A DNA stretch of 64,000 bases, taken from NCBI GenBank assembly GCA_020348445.1, contig CP070751.1, forward strand, positions 2,297,406 through 2,361,405. The letters run 5' to 3'. A model generated the notes under the pieces. It saw only the letters and a list, made by a program, of their open reading frames with translations. It did no database searches and was not told the origin of the DNA. Made by a program: the position numbers and the translations under genes. Positions 1 through 9,683 of this stretch are shown one piece after another; positions within the stretch are counted from its first letter, which is position 1; every line of letters begins with the position of its first letter. Source of the stretch: Thermoplasmata archaeon (GTDB taxonomy: Archaea > Thermoplasmatota > Thermoplasmata > GCA-020350865).

Positions 1-3000
1 AATCAGGTACTGTCCAGTCCATCCACCAGTTGCCCTGCGAGTTGAAATCCCAGAGGTTACTGCCGTCATCGTAGCCCTGTATATTGACTGGATCATGGAC
101 GCTAGTGCTGCCATTGTTGTTGGCAATGTTGTTGTGATGAATGAGGTTGCTGGAAGAAGAATTGATGTAAACCGCGTAATATGAGTTATTGTTGATGTCG
201 TTATAGGAAATGATATTCTCATTGGATGATGATGAGATATTGATTCCGAATTCGCTGTTGTTTACTATGGTATTTTGACTTATAGTGTTGCTGCTTGAGG
301 ATTTGATCATAATACCGTCGATTGTGTTTGATAGGATATCGTTGTTTGTGATCTCATTGTAATTGCTCATGGAATAAAGGAAGATTCCTGACCTGTTATT
401 TGATGTGATCTCATTTCCAGATATGATGTTGTCGTTCGAGGAACTAAGACAGATACCGCTTTTTTTGTTTGATGTGATAGTGTTTGCCGAAATCGTGTTG
501 TCATTGCTGAAAAGCATGAGATTGACACCATGATCTCTATTCATGGTGATGTTGTTGCCTGAGATCGTGTTATTGTTGCAACCATTAGTAAAATAGATGC
601 CTTCATATATATTCCATGATATATTATTGCCTGAGATAATGTTGTTGCTGGATTTATGGAAGTAAATGCCACGATAATTTGAGAACACATTGTTGTTTGA
701 GATAATATTATCATTTGAATCATGCAATTCGATGGCATTCCACGATTGATTGGTGATATTATTGCCTGAGATTGTATTGTTTGTGCTTGAAAGCCAAAAA
801 GCAATGCCATAACCATTATATGAAATAGAGTTGCGAAAGATCGTGCTGCCGTTGGAGGACGAGAGATATATTCCATATAAAGTATCTGAAATGTGGTTGT
901 AAGAGATCGTGTCGTTGTTGGAACTTTCGAGATGTATACCTCGGCTGTTTGATTTGATAATGTTTTGATATATTGCGCAATTATTTGCATGGTCTAGATA
1001 TATGCCGGCATCCGATCCCCCGCTGTTTGTAATATTGAACTCTGTGATGGTCGTTAAGTTTGCCTCGATTATAACCACATGTCCATTCCCACCCCCATCT
1101 ATTACTGTTAGATTTCTATACTCACCCACGAGGTTCAGCGTCTTGTTCACTATAACATTCTCATAGTACCTTCCAATTGCTACCCATATCGTATGACCGT
1201 CCAGGGTATCAGGGTCGTCTATGGCTTCTTGTATCGAAAGGAATACCTCCAGTGTATCCAGATTGGTCACCGGATAGGCTGAAGGTAGTGTCCATCCACT
1301 GGAATTTGCCCATGGATAATGGTCTAAGTTAATTCCACCAGTTATGGGCCTGGGAATGTCCACGAACCTGTCGCCGTCGTCATTTGGTGTCGTCCAGTCG
1401 TCCCAGTGATTGCCACCTTGTGGATAGGGGAGGTTCCAGGAGTTGGTGCCATCATCATATCCATGTTGGGTGTTGGATATGAAATTGTTGTGATATATCA
1501 GGTTGCTGTTTGATCCTTCAAGGGAAATCCCTTCGTTGTTTGAAAAAACGTTATTATTCAAAATCGTAATGCCATCTGAAGATTCGAGGCGGATTCCATA
1601 TTGGGTGCTTAAACTGACATTGTTGCTAGAAATCGTGCCCCCGGTACAACTGTTAAAGTTGATGCCGATCCTGTGATCCGATATGTTATTTTCCGTGATA
1701 TTGTTGTTATTGGAATTACCGATGTAGACTGCAATATCGTTATTTTTGATTTTGTTATTCGAGATAGTGTTGTCATTGCCTTTATTTATAATATGGATTG
1801 CGCTCTGTATATTCCAGGTGATGTTGTTGCCGGAAATAGTGTTATTATTACACCAGAGAATAAGAAAGATACCCCAATCGTTGTCCGATACATTGTTATC
1901 CAAAATATCGTTGCCTGCTGAATTACTGAGGTAGATGCCTTCATCGGTGTTGGAAACCACATCATTTCCCGAAACAGTATTATTATTGCTTGAAAGAGAG
2001 AGTAGAATTCCATTATCATTGTGCGAGATGTTGTTGTCCAGAATCTTATTGTCGGTACTGGATGTAAATAGCACTATACCATAAATTAGGTTCCAGCTGA
2101 TATTGTTTGATAGGATCGTGTTGTTGCCGGAGGAGTTGAGGTATATGCCATTATAATTATTCAAGGCTGTGTTGTTAACGATTGTGTTGCCCTTGCTGGA
2201 GTGATCCAGGCAGATGCCATCGAGATTATTCCTGATGAAGTTGTTGCCAGAAATTACGTTGTTGCTGGAAGCATCGAGGTAGATGCCATAACGATCATTC
2301 ATGGTGATATCGCTGGAAGAGATCGTATTTCCATTGGAAGAATCCAGGTAAATGCCCTCCCGATTGTTCGAAGTTATATTGTTGCCAGAAATGATGTTAT
2401 TACCGGAAGCATCAAGGCGGATACCAATCCCACTGTTTTCAGAGATGTTGTTGCTCGTAATAGAGCTTTCGTGGGAAGAAGAAAGGCGGATTGCGGTATT
2501 CTCGTTAAAGATCACGGTATTGTTAATAACGGTGCTGTTTATGGAATCGTGTATTCTTATTCCGTAATCAGAAGTAAGATACCTCTGGGCGATCTCGATT
2601 TCTGAAAGCGAGCGGTTGTATATGGAGACCTCGTCTATGAGGCTGTCGATATACCTTCCACCGTAATCAGGGTTGTAACTGAAATTTACAGGATTTTCAT
2701 TTAAGGCGATAAGGCTGGGATATGGATTGTCCTGATTGCCTCCGTTCTCCTCGACTCCGTTTACGAATATTCTCACAAGCCCGGTAATACAGTTGAAGGT
2801 TCCAACAATATGGGTCCATTGATTCAAGGGGATGACCGTAGAAGACCATCTTGCTCTCCAGTCTCCATTTACATAAACATCCATTTGCGCGTAATTGCCG
2901 CTGTTAATCATCAGGTTGTATGCATAACCCTTGTAAACTATGGTCTGATGTGTTCCGGTATAGGATTCAAGTTTGACCCACGCCTCGATGGTGATGTTCT

Positions 3001-6000
3001 TCGTTATATTCAGGCTGTCAGATGTGGGGATGGTGACATAATTGTTACTTGACGCTTCGAAATCACCTGCTCTTTGGAATTTCCCAGATGCTGTGCTAAC
3101 ACCGTTTTCTGCTCTCCCGTCATTTCCCATTCCCGAGTAGTCAATCACTTCGCCTGCTGCCCCGCTCCAGGATGCCTCGTCCATCTTCCAGTATCCCACG
3201 AGGCCATTTTTATCGATATATGCCCTGCCAGAGATATTGTTTCCCTGGATTGTATTATCGTGGGAGTTTTCCAGATGAATATTATCGATTTTGTTCCCGT
3301 TCAGGATATTTTGGGTAACATTGTTTTCACTGGAACTCATTAAATATATTCCACTTTGCCTGTTGGAACACACTGTATTGTTCGAAACAGTATTGTTTTT
3401 AGAAGAATCGAGGAGGATGCCCACATTGTTGAATCTCACATCATTGTGGATAATTTCGTTGTTTTCGGAATCAATAATTCTTATTCCGCTTGTGGGGAAT
3501 TGATAAAGTCTGGCAACCTCGCTTTCTAAAAGCATGTAATTATAGATTCTGACCTCATCGATTTTACCGTGGAAAAACCAACCTTGAAAGTACATACCAA
3601 TCTGCATTGGACCTGTGCCAATATAAGCTCCAGTTGATGTATCACTTACTTCTAATATTCCGTCTCTGTACAATCTTCTTTCTCTGGTAACACCGTCATA
3701 GGTTCCAACCCAATGATGCCATTCATTGACATCGGGATATGGAATTGCAGTAACGAGGTCATCACCCCAGAACGCAAACGTGAATGTATCTTCCACTCGA
3801 TATCCAAAATGCAATCCCTCATTTTGTGCTTCTACTCCATGTGAAATAATAATATCCCCGGTACCTTTGCTTTCTCTATACGTCCAAGCCTCCAATGTAA
3901 AGGACTTCCCGACTCCCCCTATCTGCAAACTGGAACCGGCACCGACATCAACGTAATCCTCATTATCGTCGAATGTTCCCGCTCTTCCGAAATTAACTGC
4001 GGTGGTGTTTGCATTCCCATAAGCGGTCCCATGATTTGCCTTACCCGAGTGGTCCTCTACCTCACCTGGAATCCCACTCCATCTTCCTTCATCCATTTTC
4101 CAGTACGCGACAAGCCCGGAATCAATGATATCTTCCGGACCCACAACCACGTTCTCCTCAATCACATTGTCATTGGAATTTTCAAGAAGGATACCCTCCA
4201 GTTCATTATCAAGAAGGGAGTTGGAAATCATCGTGTTATTGTTAGAATTCACAAGGTGGATGCCGTTATCGTTGCTAAAGGCCAGGGTATTGTTGACAAG
4301 ATTGTTTCCATCTGAATGGGAAAGACATATACCGTACACGGAAATTGTAGCATGATACAAAGCATCAATCTCCCCTTGTGAAAGCGACCGGTTGTAAATC
4401 GCAAGCTCGTCCAATGCACCTTTCCAACCGCTAACCCATGACCACCCGATCCGCAATGGGTCATTCCCTGCATGAATTCCTCCAATATGCGGTTGTGTTC
4501 CTCTCAGGATGCCGTTTACGTAGATGCAAATATCCGAGCCGTCGTACGTGGCTACAATATGATACCAATTGTATGGTTCCACTGCCTCCGAGCTTACAAC
4601 TTCCGTATAACCGCTGGCAAATCCATTTGAGCTGACCCAGAAGCGGGGATATATCCCACTGGGATATAGCAAATCCAGCGCGTAGGCCATCTCACCAAGG
4701 TCCCAATTCTGATGTTTGTAAACGATTCCTCGATTCACAGTCACATCTTCAGGGTAAACCCATGCACTGATGGTAATCTCATCTGTAATATCCAGACTTG
4801 CAGAATCGCTCGCTTCGATATACTCGCCATTATCTGTAAAATAACCTGCCCTTCCGAATCTACCGAATCGGGTCTTTGGTTCGTTTACTGCAGTTCCGTG
4901 ATTCCCCTGACCCGAATCATCTGTAACCTCATTCTGGGTTGTGTCCCAGAACCTCTCATCCATCCTCCAGTATCCAACAAGATTGGTTTTATCAATATCC
5001 ACCAAGCTGTAAACGTTGTTATCCAGGATATCATTGTCATGGGAGTTTTCCAGATGCACATTATCGTCACCATTTCCCTTTAACGTATTTTGGCTGACAT
5101 TATTTTCACTGGAATTCACAAGATATATTCCGTTAAGTCTATTGGAACCAATTGTATTGTTAATGATATCATTGTATTCGGAGGAATGGAGAATGCAACC
5201 CCATTTGTTCAGGCTCACCTCATTTTTGGTAAGGCTGTTGTATGTGGAATCTTCAATTCTAATACCGCAGCCGGAAAAACGATAAAGACCTGCAATCTCA
5301 CTTTCGGTTAATGCGGAATCGTAGATTGCAACCTCGTCGATTACACCCTTGAAATATTGAGTATTGTAATCACTGAATCCTATGAAAAGATCGATTGGAG
5401 TTCCCGCTATACTGGCTGACCCGGTGGCCGAATTAACCAAGACACCGTTCACATACATCCTCAGGGTGGTGCCCTCTTTTTGTGCAACAATATGGTACCA
5501 TTGATCAGGAGATAATATCGGTCCATAAATATTCGAAATAACAGGGGTACCATCACCATACTCAAATTGAGGTTGGAAACCAGGTTGCGTCCTGATTCTA
5601 TAGCCCATGTAGTTACCTGCAAATCCACTGAATTTATGGACTATAGCGTCATGGTTGTCCTGTGCACCTTCAGGTTTGACCCAAACCGAGATTGTAATAT
5701 CCGATGTTATATTCAAACTGCTGGATTCGGGAACGCCTACAAAATCGTTTACTCCGTCGAAGTACCCTGCCCTGCCCATCTTTGCATCGTTTGTGGTATC
5801 TGCACTGCCATTTGTAAAGCCATGATTCTCGAAAATTCCAGAATCCCTCACATCGGAGTTTATTCCTTCCCACCTGCCCTCGTCCATCCTCCAGTTCCCC
5901 ACAAGTCCTGTTCTGTTAATTCCATCAATTCCCTCAACGATGTTCTCATCAATCACATTGCCGTGGGAGTTATCCAGATAGATATTGTCTCCTTTATTTC

Positions 6001-6520
6001 CCGCAAGGATATTGGAGGCTACCGTGTTATCGCTTGAGTTTACCAGGCGGATGCCGTATCGACCATTTGAGCGGATGATGTTGTTGGTGATGTTACAATT
6101 CTGGACATTATCCAGTTCTATCCCGGAATCAAAGGTGCCGTTTCCGCCGTTTGTGATGGTAAACCCGGTGATATTCACCCAGTGGGAGATGATATTCACA
6201 ACATCGCCAGTACCCTGGCCGTTTATGGTGGTATTTGAGGTTCCGTTTCCGATTATGGTGAGAGTCTTGTTCACTGTAATGCTCTCATTGTACGTACCTG
6301 CCCAGACATATATGGTGCCACCCTCAATGGAGTTGTTGATGGCGTCCTGAATGGTAGGGTAATCACCAGGCACGGTAATGGCTTCTGCATCCTCAACAAA
6401 ATTATTTATAACAATTAATCCCGTGAACATGGTCCCCAAAAGAAAAATAATAAGGATTGTAGACCTGATCTTTTTACTCGTTATGATAGAAAATTCAACT
6501 TTCTTATGATTCCCACTCAT
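1..6520 (-). CDS. Giant secreted NosD/parallel beta-helix protein with four inserted LamG (concanavalin A-like) domains; 3' end runs off the window (>2170 aa)
   Basis: Absent from the ORF track. Manual minus-strand translation from ATG 6520 (SD GGAGG upstream) stays open to base 1: MSGNHKKVEFSII...hydrophobic signal...ITVPGDYPTIQDAINNS...; many GIxLxxSxxNxIxxN beta-helix rungs; four 'GLV(G/A)(Y/N)W(R/K)MDE...W.H.V...G.IDEV.IY' LamG blocks. Confidence 0.93.
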   Translation of the reverse strand, partial: MSGNHKKVEFSIITSKKIRSTILIIFLLGTMFTGLIVINNFVEDAEAITVPGDYPTIQDAINNSIEGGTIYVWAGTYNESITVNKTLTIIGNGTSNTTINGQGTGDVVNIISHWVNITGFTITNGGNGTFDSGIELDNVQNCNITNNIIRSNGRYGIRLVNSSDNTVASNILAGNKGDNIYLDNSHGNVIDENIVEGIDGINRTGLVGNWRMDEGRWEGINSDVRDSGIFENHGFTNGSADTTNDAKMGRAGYFDGVNDFVGVPESSSLNITSDITISVWVKPEGAQDNHDAIVHKFSGFAGNYMGYRIRTQPGFQPQFEYGDGTPVISNIYGPILSPDQWYHIVAQKEGTTLRMYVNGVLVNSATGSASIAGTPIDLFIGFSDYNTQYFKGVIDEVAIYDSALTESEIAGLYRFSGCGIRIEDSTYNSLTKNEVSLNKWGCILHSSEYNDIINNTIGSNRLNGIYLVNSSENNVSQNTLKGNGDDNVHLENSHDNDILDNNVYSLVDIDKTNLVGYWRMDERFWDTTQNEVTDDSGQGNHGTAVNEPKTRFGRFGRAGYFTDNGEYIEASDSASLDITDEITISAWVYPEDVTVNRGIVYKHQNWDLGEMAYALDLLYPSGIYPRFWVSSNGFASGYTEVVSSEAVEPYNWYHIVATYDGSDICIYVNGILRGTQPHIGGIHAGNDPLRIGWSWVSGWKGALDELAIYNRSLSQGEIDALYHATISVYGICLSHSDGNNLVNNTLAFSNDNGIHLVNSNNNTMISNSLLDNELEGILLENSNDNVIEENVVVGPEDIIDSGLVAYWKMDEGRWSGIPGEVEDHSGKANHGTAYGNANTTAVNFGRAGTFDDNEDYVDVGAGSSLQIGGVGKSFTLEAWTYRESKGTGDIIISHGVEAQNEGLHFGYRVEDTFTFAFWGDDLVTAIPYPDVNEWHHWVGTYDGVTRERRLYRDGILEVSDTSTGAYIGTGPMQIGMYFQGWFFHGKIDEVRIYNYMLLESEVARLYQFPTSGIRIIDSENNEIIHNDVRFNNVGILLDSSKNNTVSNNTVCSNRQSGIYLMSSSENNVTQNILNGNKIDNIHLENSHDNTIQGNNISGRAYIDKNGLVGYWKMDEASWSGAAGEVIDYSGMGNDGRAENGVSTASGKFQRAGDFEASSNNYVTIPTSDSLNITKNITIEAWVKLESYTGTHQTIVYKGYAYNLMINSGNYAQMDVYVNGDWRARWSSTVIPLNQWTHIVGTFNCITGLVRIFVNGVEENGGNQDNPYPSLIALNENPVNFSYNPDYGGRYIDSLIDEVSIYNRSLSEIEIAQRYLTSDYGIRIHDSINSTVINNTVIFNENTAIRLSSSHESSITSNNISENSGIGIRLDASGNNIISGNNITSNNREGIYLDSSNGNTISSSDITMNDRYGIYLDASSNNVISGNNFIRNNLDGICLDHSSKGNTIVNNTALNNYNGIYLNSSGNNTILSNNISWNLIYGIVLFTSSTDNKILDNNISHNDNGILLSLSSNNNTVSGNDVVSNTDEGIYLSNSAGNDILDNNVSDNDWGIFLILWCNNNTISGNNITWNIQSAIHIINKGNDNTISNNKIKNNDIAVYIGNSNNNNITENNISDHRIGINFNSCTGGTISSNNVSLSTQYGIRLESSDGITILNNNVFSNNEGISLEGSNSNLIYHNNFISNTQHGYDDGTNSWNLPYPQGGNHWDDWTTPNDDGDRFVDIPRPITGGINLDHYPWANSSGWTLPSAYPVTNLDTLEVFLSIQEAIDDPDTLDGHTIWVAIGRYYENVIVNKTLNLVGEYRNLTVIDGGGNGHVVIIEANLTTITEFNITNSGGSDAGIYLDHANNCAIYQNIIKSNSRGIHLESSNNDTISYNHISDTLYGIYLSSSNGSTIFRNSISYNGYGIAFWLSSTNNTISGNNITNQSWNAIELHDSNDNIISNNNVFSNYRGIYFHKSSNNIISGNNISWNIYEGIYFTNGCNNNTISGNNITMNRDHGVNLMLFSNDNTISANTITSNKKSGICLSSSNDNIISGNEITSNNRSGIFLYSMSNYNEITNNDILSNTIDGIMIKSSSSNTISQNTIVNNSEFGINISSSSNENIISYNDINNNSYYAVYINSSSSNLIHHNNIANNNGSTSVHDPVNIQGYDDGSNLWDFNSQGNWWMDWTVPD

Positions 6521-6857
6521 ATTTCATTCCTCCGGCGTTACTGTTTTATATCTTTCAATGTTGTAATAGGTTCATTCGCTGTAGGGCCATTCTTTGGACC
6601 AGATTCCACCTATACCAGACTTAGATATTAATGCTTTGGTAGTATATGATGTTATGCTGAATTCGAAGTCTTCGTTCAAATTCTATTGCAGGTTCACGGC
6701 TTGTTAAGGGGTGCTAATCAACGAATAACTGGATTATTTATGAATTATTTAATATTTTAGATATTGTAAAATAAATGTCTAAAAAGTGTTCCATAAATCA
6801 TTAATATGCAGGATTTAATATATTTATAGTCAATAATTTGACTCTCGGGGGTATTTT

Positions 6858-9572
6858 ATGGGGAAAAACAGTAGGCGACCAGTACTGGTAGGTATAGTAT
6901 TAATGATATTATTAACGGTGCAAATAGCGCCTTTCTGGGAACCGATACACGATAATGTTTCTTTTAAATCGGCCCTAACTGAACCTACAGAGGCAGACTT
7001 TGCTTCCCATGCTATTGAAAAATTGGTACCGTCAGAGCCTGAAAAAAGCCCTGTTGTCCAAGATGAGCATCCGTATTCTGCATCGGATCTTCCAGAAGTG
7101 GAACAAAGCTACTTCACAGAGAACCTTGGTCAATGGGAAGACCACATAAAGTTCCTTGCACAGACCTCTTTTGGTTATGCAGCATTTGCAGAAGATGGCA
7201 TTTACTATTATATGGTCCTTGGGGGGGAGGGCCATACCATAAAGATCACATTTGAGAATGCCGGGATATCCTTTCCTACTGGACTTGGCGATTGTGGATT
7301 CGAAAGTAACTTTTTTTACGGAAATGACCAAACCAAATGGATTTCTGAAGCAAGAAGTTACAAAGAAGTACTATATGAAAATGTATGGCCAGGCATCGCC
7401 ATCCTGTATTATTTCAAAGACAAAAATCTCAAGTATGACATAATTGTAGGTGAACATTCTAATCCCCAAGACATCTCATTTGTCGTAGAAGGACATAAGG
7501 AGCTGAATATCGGGGAAAATGGTCTTGAAATATCCATTTCAAAAAAGGTCCTAATAAGCGATACTGGCCTTGTTGCTTTCTACGAGGACGGGGAATCCGC
7601 ATCTATACAATTTAAAAAGATCAACGACAACACCTACGGTTTCGATGTTGACAAAAAGGACGGGAAAAAACTAACAATCGATCCAATTGTATTCTCAAGT
7701 TCAACATTCTTGGGCGGTTCGGGATATGACGTGGCAAGGGATATGGAGTTGGACTCAAATGGCAACATAATAATTCTTGCAGATACATGGTCAGTTGATT
7801 TCCCCAACACAACAGGGGCATATCAGACCTATAATGCTGGAGGTATGGATGTAGTTATCACGAAGATGGATCACAATACCAGCTACATAATATTCTCCAC
7901 CTATATCGGTGGCGTGACCTGCGATTTCCCCCATGCCTTGGATCTCGATGACGAGGGCTATATATATGCCACAGGTGAAACATGGTCCAGGGATTTCCCA
8001 ACAACTAACGGTACCTTCCAGGAAGAGGCCCCAGCAGGAAGTACAAATGTCTTTGTCCTAAAGCTCACATCCTCGGGTAGTGATCTGATATACTCCACAT
8101 ATGTAGGAAGCAGCTATCCCGACTGGGCTACAGACATCGAGATTTTAAATGGGTATGCCTATGTGGTGGGTTATACCTATTCTTATGATTTCCCTTATGT
8201 AGATTATCCAATTAATAATGCCCACGGGACTGTTTTTTTCTTTATCCTGAACCAGAATGCGTCAAACCTAACGCACACTGCATTTTGGGGTGGATTCCAA
8301 AACGAGATGGCATATTCATTGGAAATCGATTTTAATGGAGATATAGTGGTGGGTGGAACTACAAATTCCATGGATTTTCCCACCACAAAAGGAGTATATC
8401 AGGAAAATGCCACAGATTGGAACAACGGATTCCTGCTGAGGTACAGGCCGTCAACCAGCGAAATGCTATTCTCCACTTACATTGGCGGGAGTGCCCTAGA
8501 TGAAATTCGTTCAATATATTTGGATGCGAACAGTGATATATACTTCTCAGGCATCACAAATAACCCTGAGTCTTCTGGACAAATACCATTTCCCACAACT
8601 GAAGGGGCATATGATAGAACGTACAACGGAAGCAAGGACGCCTTTATTGGAAAGATGTTAAGTGATGGTACAAAGCTGATTTTTTCCACGTTATATGGCA
8701 GTCAAGGAGAAGAGACGGTGGGAAGCATCGATGTGGACAGCCAGGGCAATATTTACTTCATATGTAACCTGAATTCGGACGTGAACTTCACAGTCACACC
8801 AGATGCTTTTGATTGCACATTCAATCAGGAGGACGATGTGGTGTTTGCGGTTCTGAATGCCGATTGCTCAGATGTTCTTTATAGCACCTACCTGGGTGGA
8901 AATTTATCAGACTTGGGGGAAACCTGTCTTCTTTCCGGGACAGACGAAATTCTCCTTTTGGGAACCACAGCCTCCAAGGACTTTCCCTCTACAAATGGAT
9001 CGTATCAGACAGAAAACGATGGCTCCGGGGTTCTGTTTATCTCCAAATTTGTCGTTGGTGACTTTTTATTTTTGCACGAGGGATGGAACCTGATTTCCAT
9101 ACCTCTTGTTCAACAGGATGACAGTCTCACAAAAGTCCTTGGATCAATTTCCGGATGCTATGATGCAGTTCAATGGTATGATCCAACTGATACAAGAGAT
9201 TCCTGGAAGCACCACAAAGTGGGAAAACCTTATGGTAACGACCTGTTTAATTTAAATGAAAAAATGGGTTTCTGGATCCATATAACACAATCTGGAGGCA
9301 CACTATTCAATTATACTGGCATTCGCCCCTCGATGAATCAAATAATTTCCCTTCGTCAAGGCTGGAACCTTGTAGGTTACCCCTCTGAAACTGTGTACAA
9401 TCGAATCCAAGGATTGAACATAATCGATTTTGGCATCGAAGTGGATATGATAATCTGGTTCAACGCAAATTCCCAAACCTGGCATAAGATGGGTTCTGAA
9501 GATTATTTTGTGTTCGGCAGGGGTTATTATATCCATGCAAAAAGCGAATGTGATTGGGAAGTTCCTTTGTGA
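6858..9572 (+). CDS. Secreted SBBP-repeat beta-propeller protein (DUF7948-like N-terminus) with C-terminal GWNLISIP module
   Basis: Signal peptide; 'FTENLGQW', 'YENVWPGI', 'IDP..FSSSTFLGGSG.D', repeated 'G.T.S.DFPTT.GA(Y/F)Q' and 'L.YSTY.GG' motifs. Confidence 0.9.
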   Translation: MGKNSRRPVLVGIVLMILLTVQIAPFWEPIHDNVSFKSALTEPTEADFASHAIEKLVPSEPEKSPVVQDEHPYSASDLPEVEQSYFTENLGQWEDHIKFLAQTSFGYAAFAEDGIYYYMVLGGEGHTIKITFENAGISFPTGLGDCGFESNFFYGNDQTKWISEARSYKEVLYENVWPGIAILYYFKDKNLKYDIIVGEHSNPQDISFVVEGHKELNIGENGLEISISKKVLISDTGLVAFYEDGESASIQFKKINDNTYGFDVDKKDGKKLTIDPIVFSSSTFLGGSGYDVARDMELDSNGNIIILADTWSVDFPNTTGAYQTYNAGGMDVVITKMDHNTSYIIFSTYIGGVTCDFPHALDLDDEGYIYATGETWSRDFPTTNGTFQEEAPAGSTNVFVLKLTSSGSDLIYSTYVGSSYPDWATDIEILNGYAYVVGYTYSYDFPYVDYPINNAHGTVFFFILNQNASNLTHTAFWGGFQNEMAYSLEIDFNGDIVVGGTTNSMDFPTTKGVYQENATDWNNGFLLRYRPSTSEMLFSTYIGGSALDEIRSIYLDANSDIYFSGITNNPESSGQIPFPTTEGAYDRTYNGSKDAFIGKMLSDGTKLIFSTLYGSQGEETVGSIDVDSQGNIYFICNLNSDVNFTVTPDAFDCTFNQEDDVVFAVLNADCSDVLYSTYLGGNLSDLGETCLLSGTDEILLLGTTASKDFPSTNGSYQTENDGSGVLFISKFVVGDFLFLHEGWNLISIPLVQQDDSLTKVLGSISGCYDAVQWYDPTDTRDSWKHHKVGKPYGNDLFNLNEKMGFWIHITQSGGTLFNYTGIRPSMNQIISLRQGWNLVGYPSETVYNRIQGLNIIDFGIEVDMIIWFNANSQTWHKMGSEDYFVFGRGYYIHAKSECDWEVPL

Positions 9573-9683
9573 TTCGCATTTGATGGTTATTTTGAAAATG
9601 AAGTGTCTAAAAAGTGTTCCATAATCCTTTAATACCTAGAGTTGAATATATTTATAGTCATAAATGACGCTCGGGGGTTTTTT

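Noticed and set aside
541-6350. Many short track ORFs in 541-6350
   Set aside because: They are shadow frames of the giant minus-strand beta-helix/LamG gene; most other short ORFs overlapping long CDSs were dismissed for the same reason.
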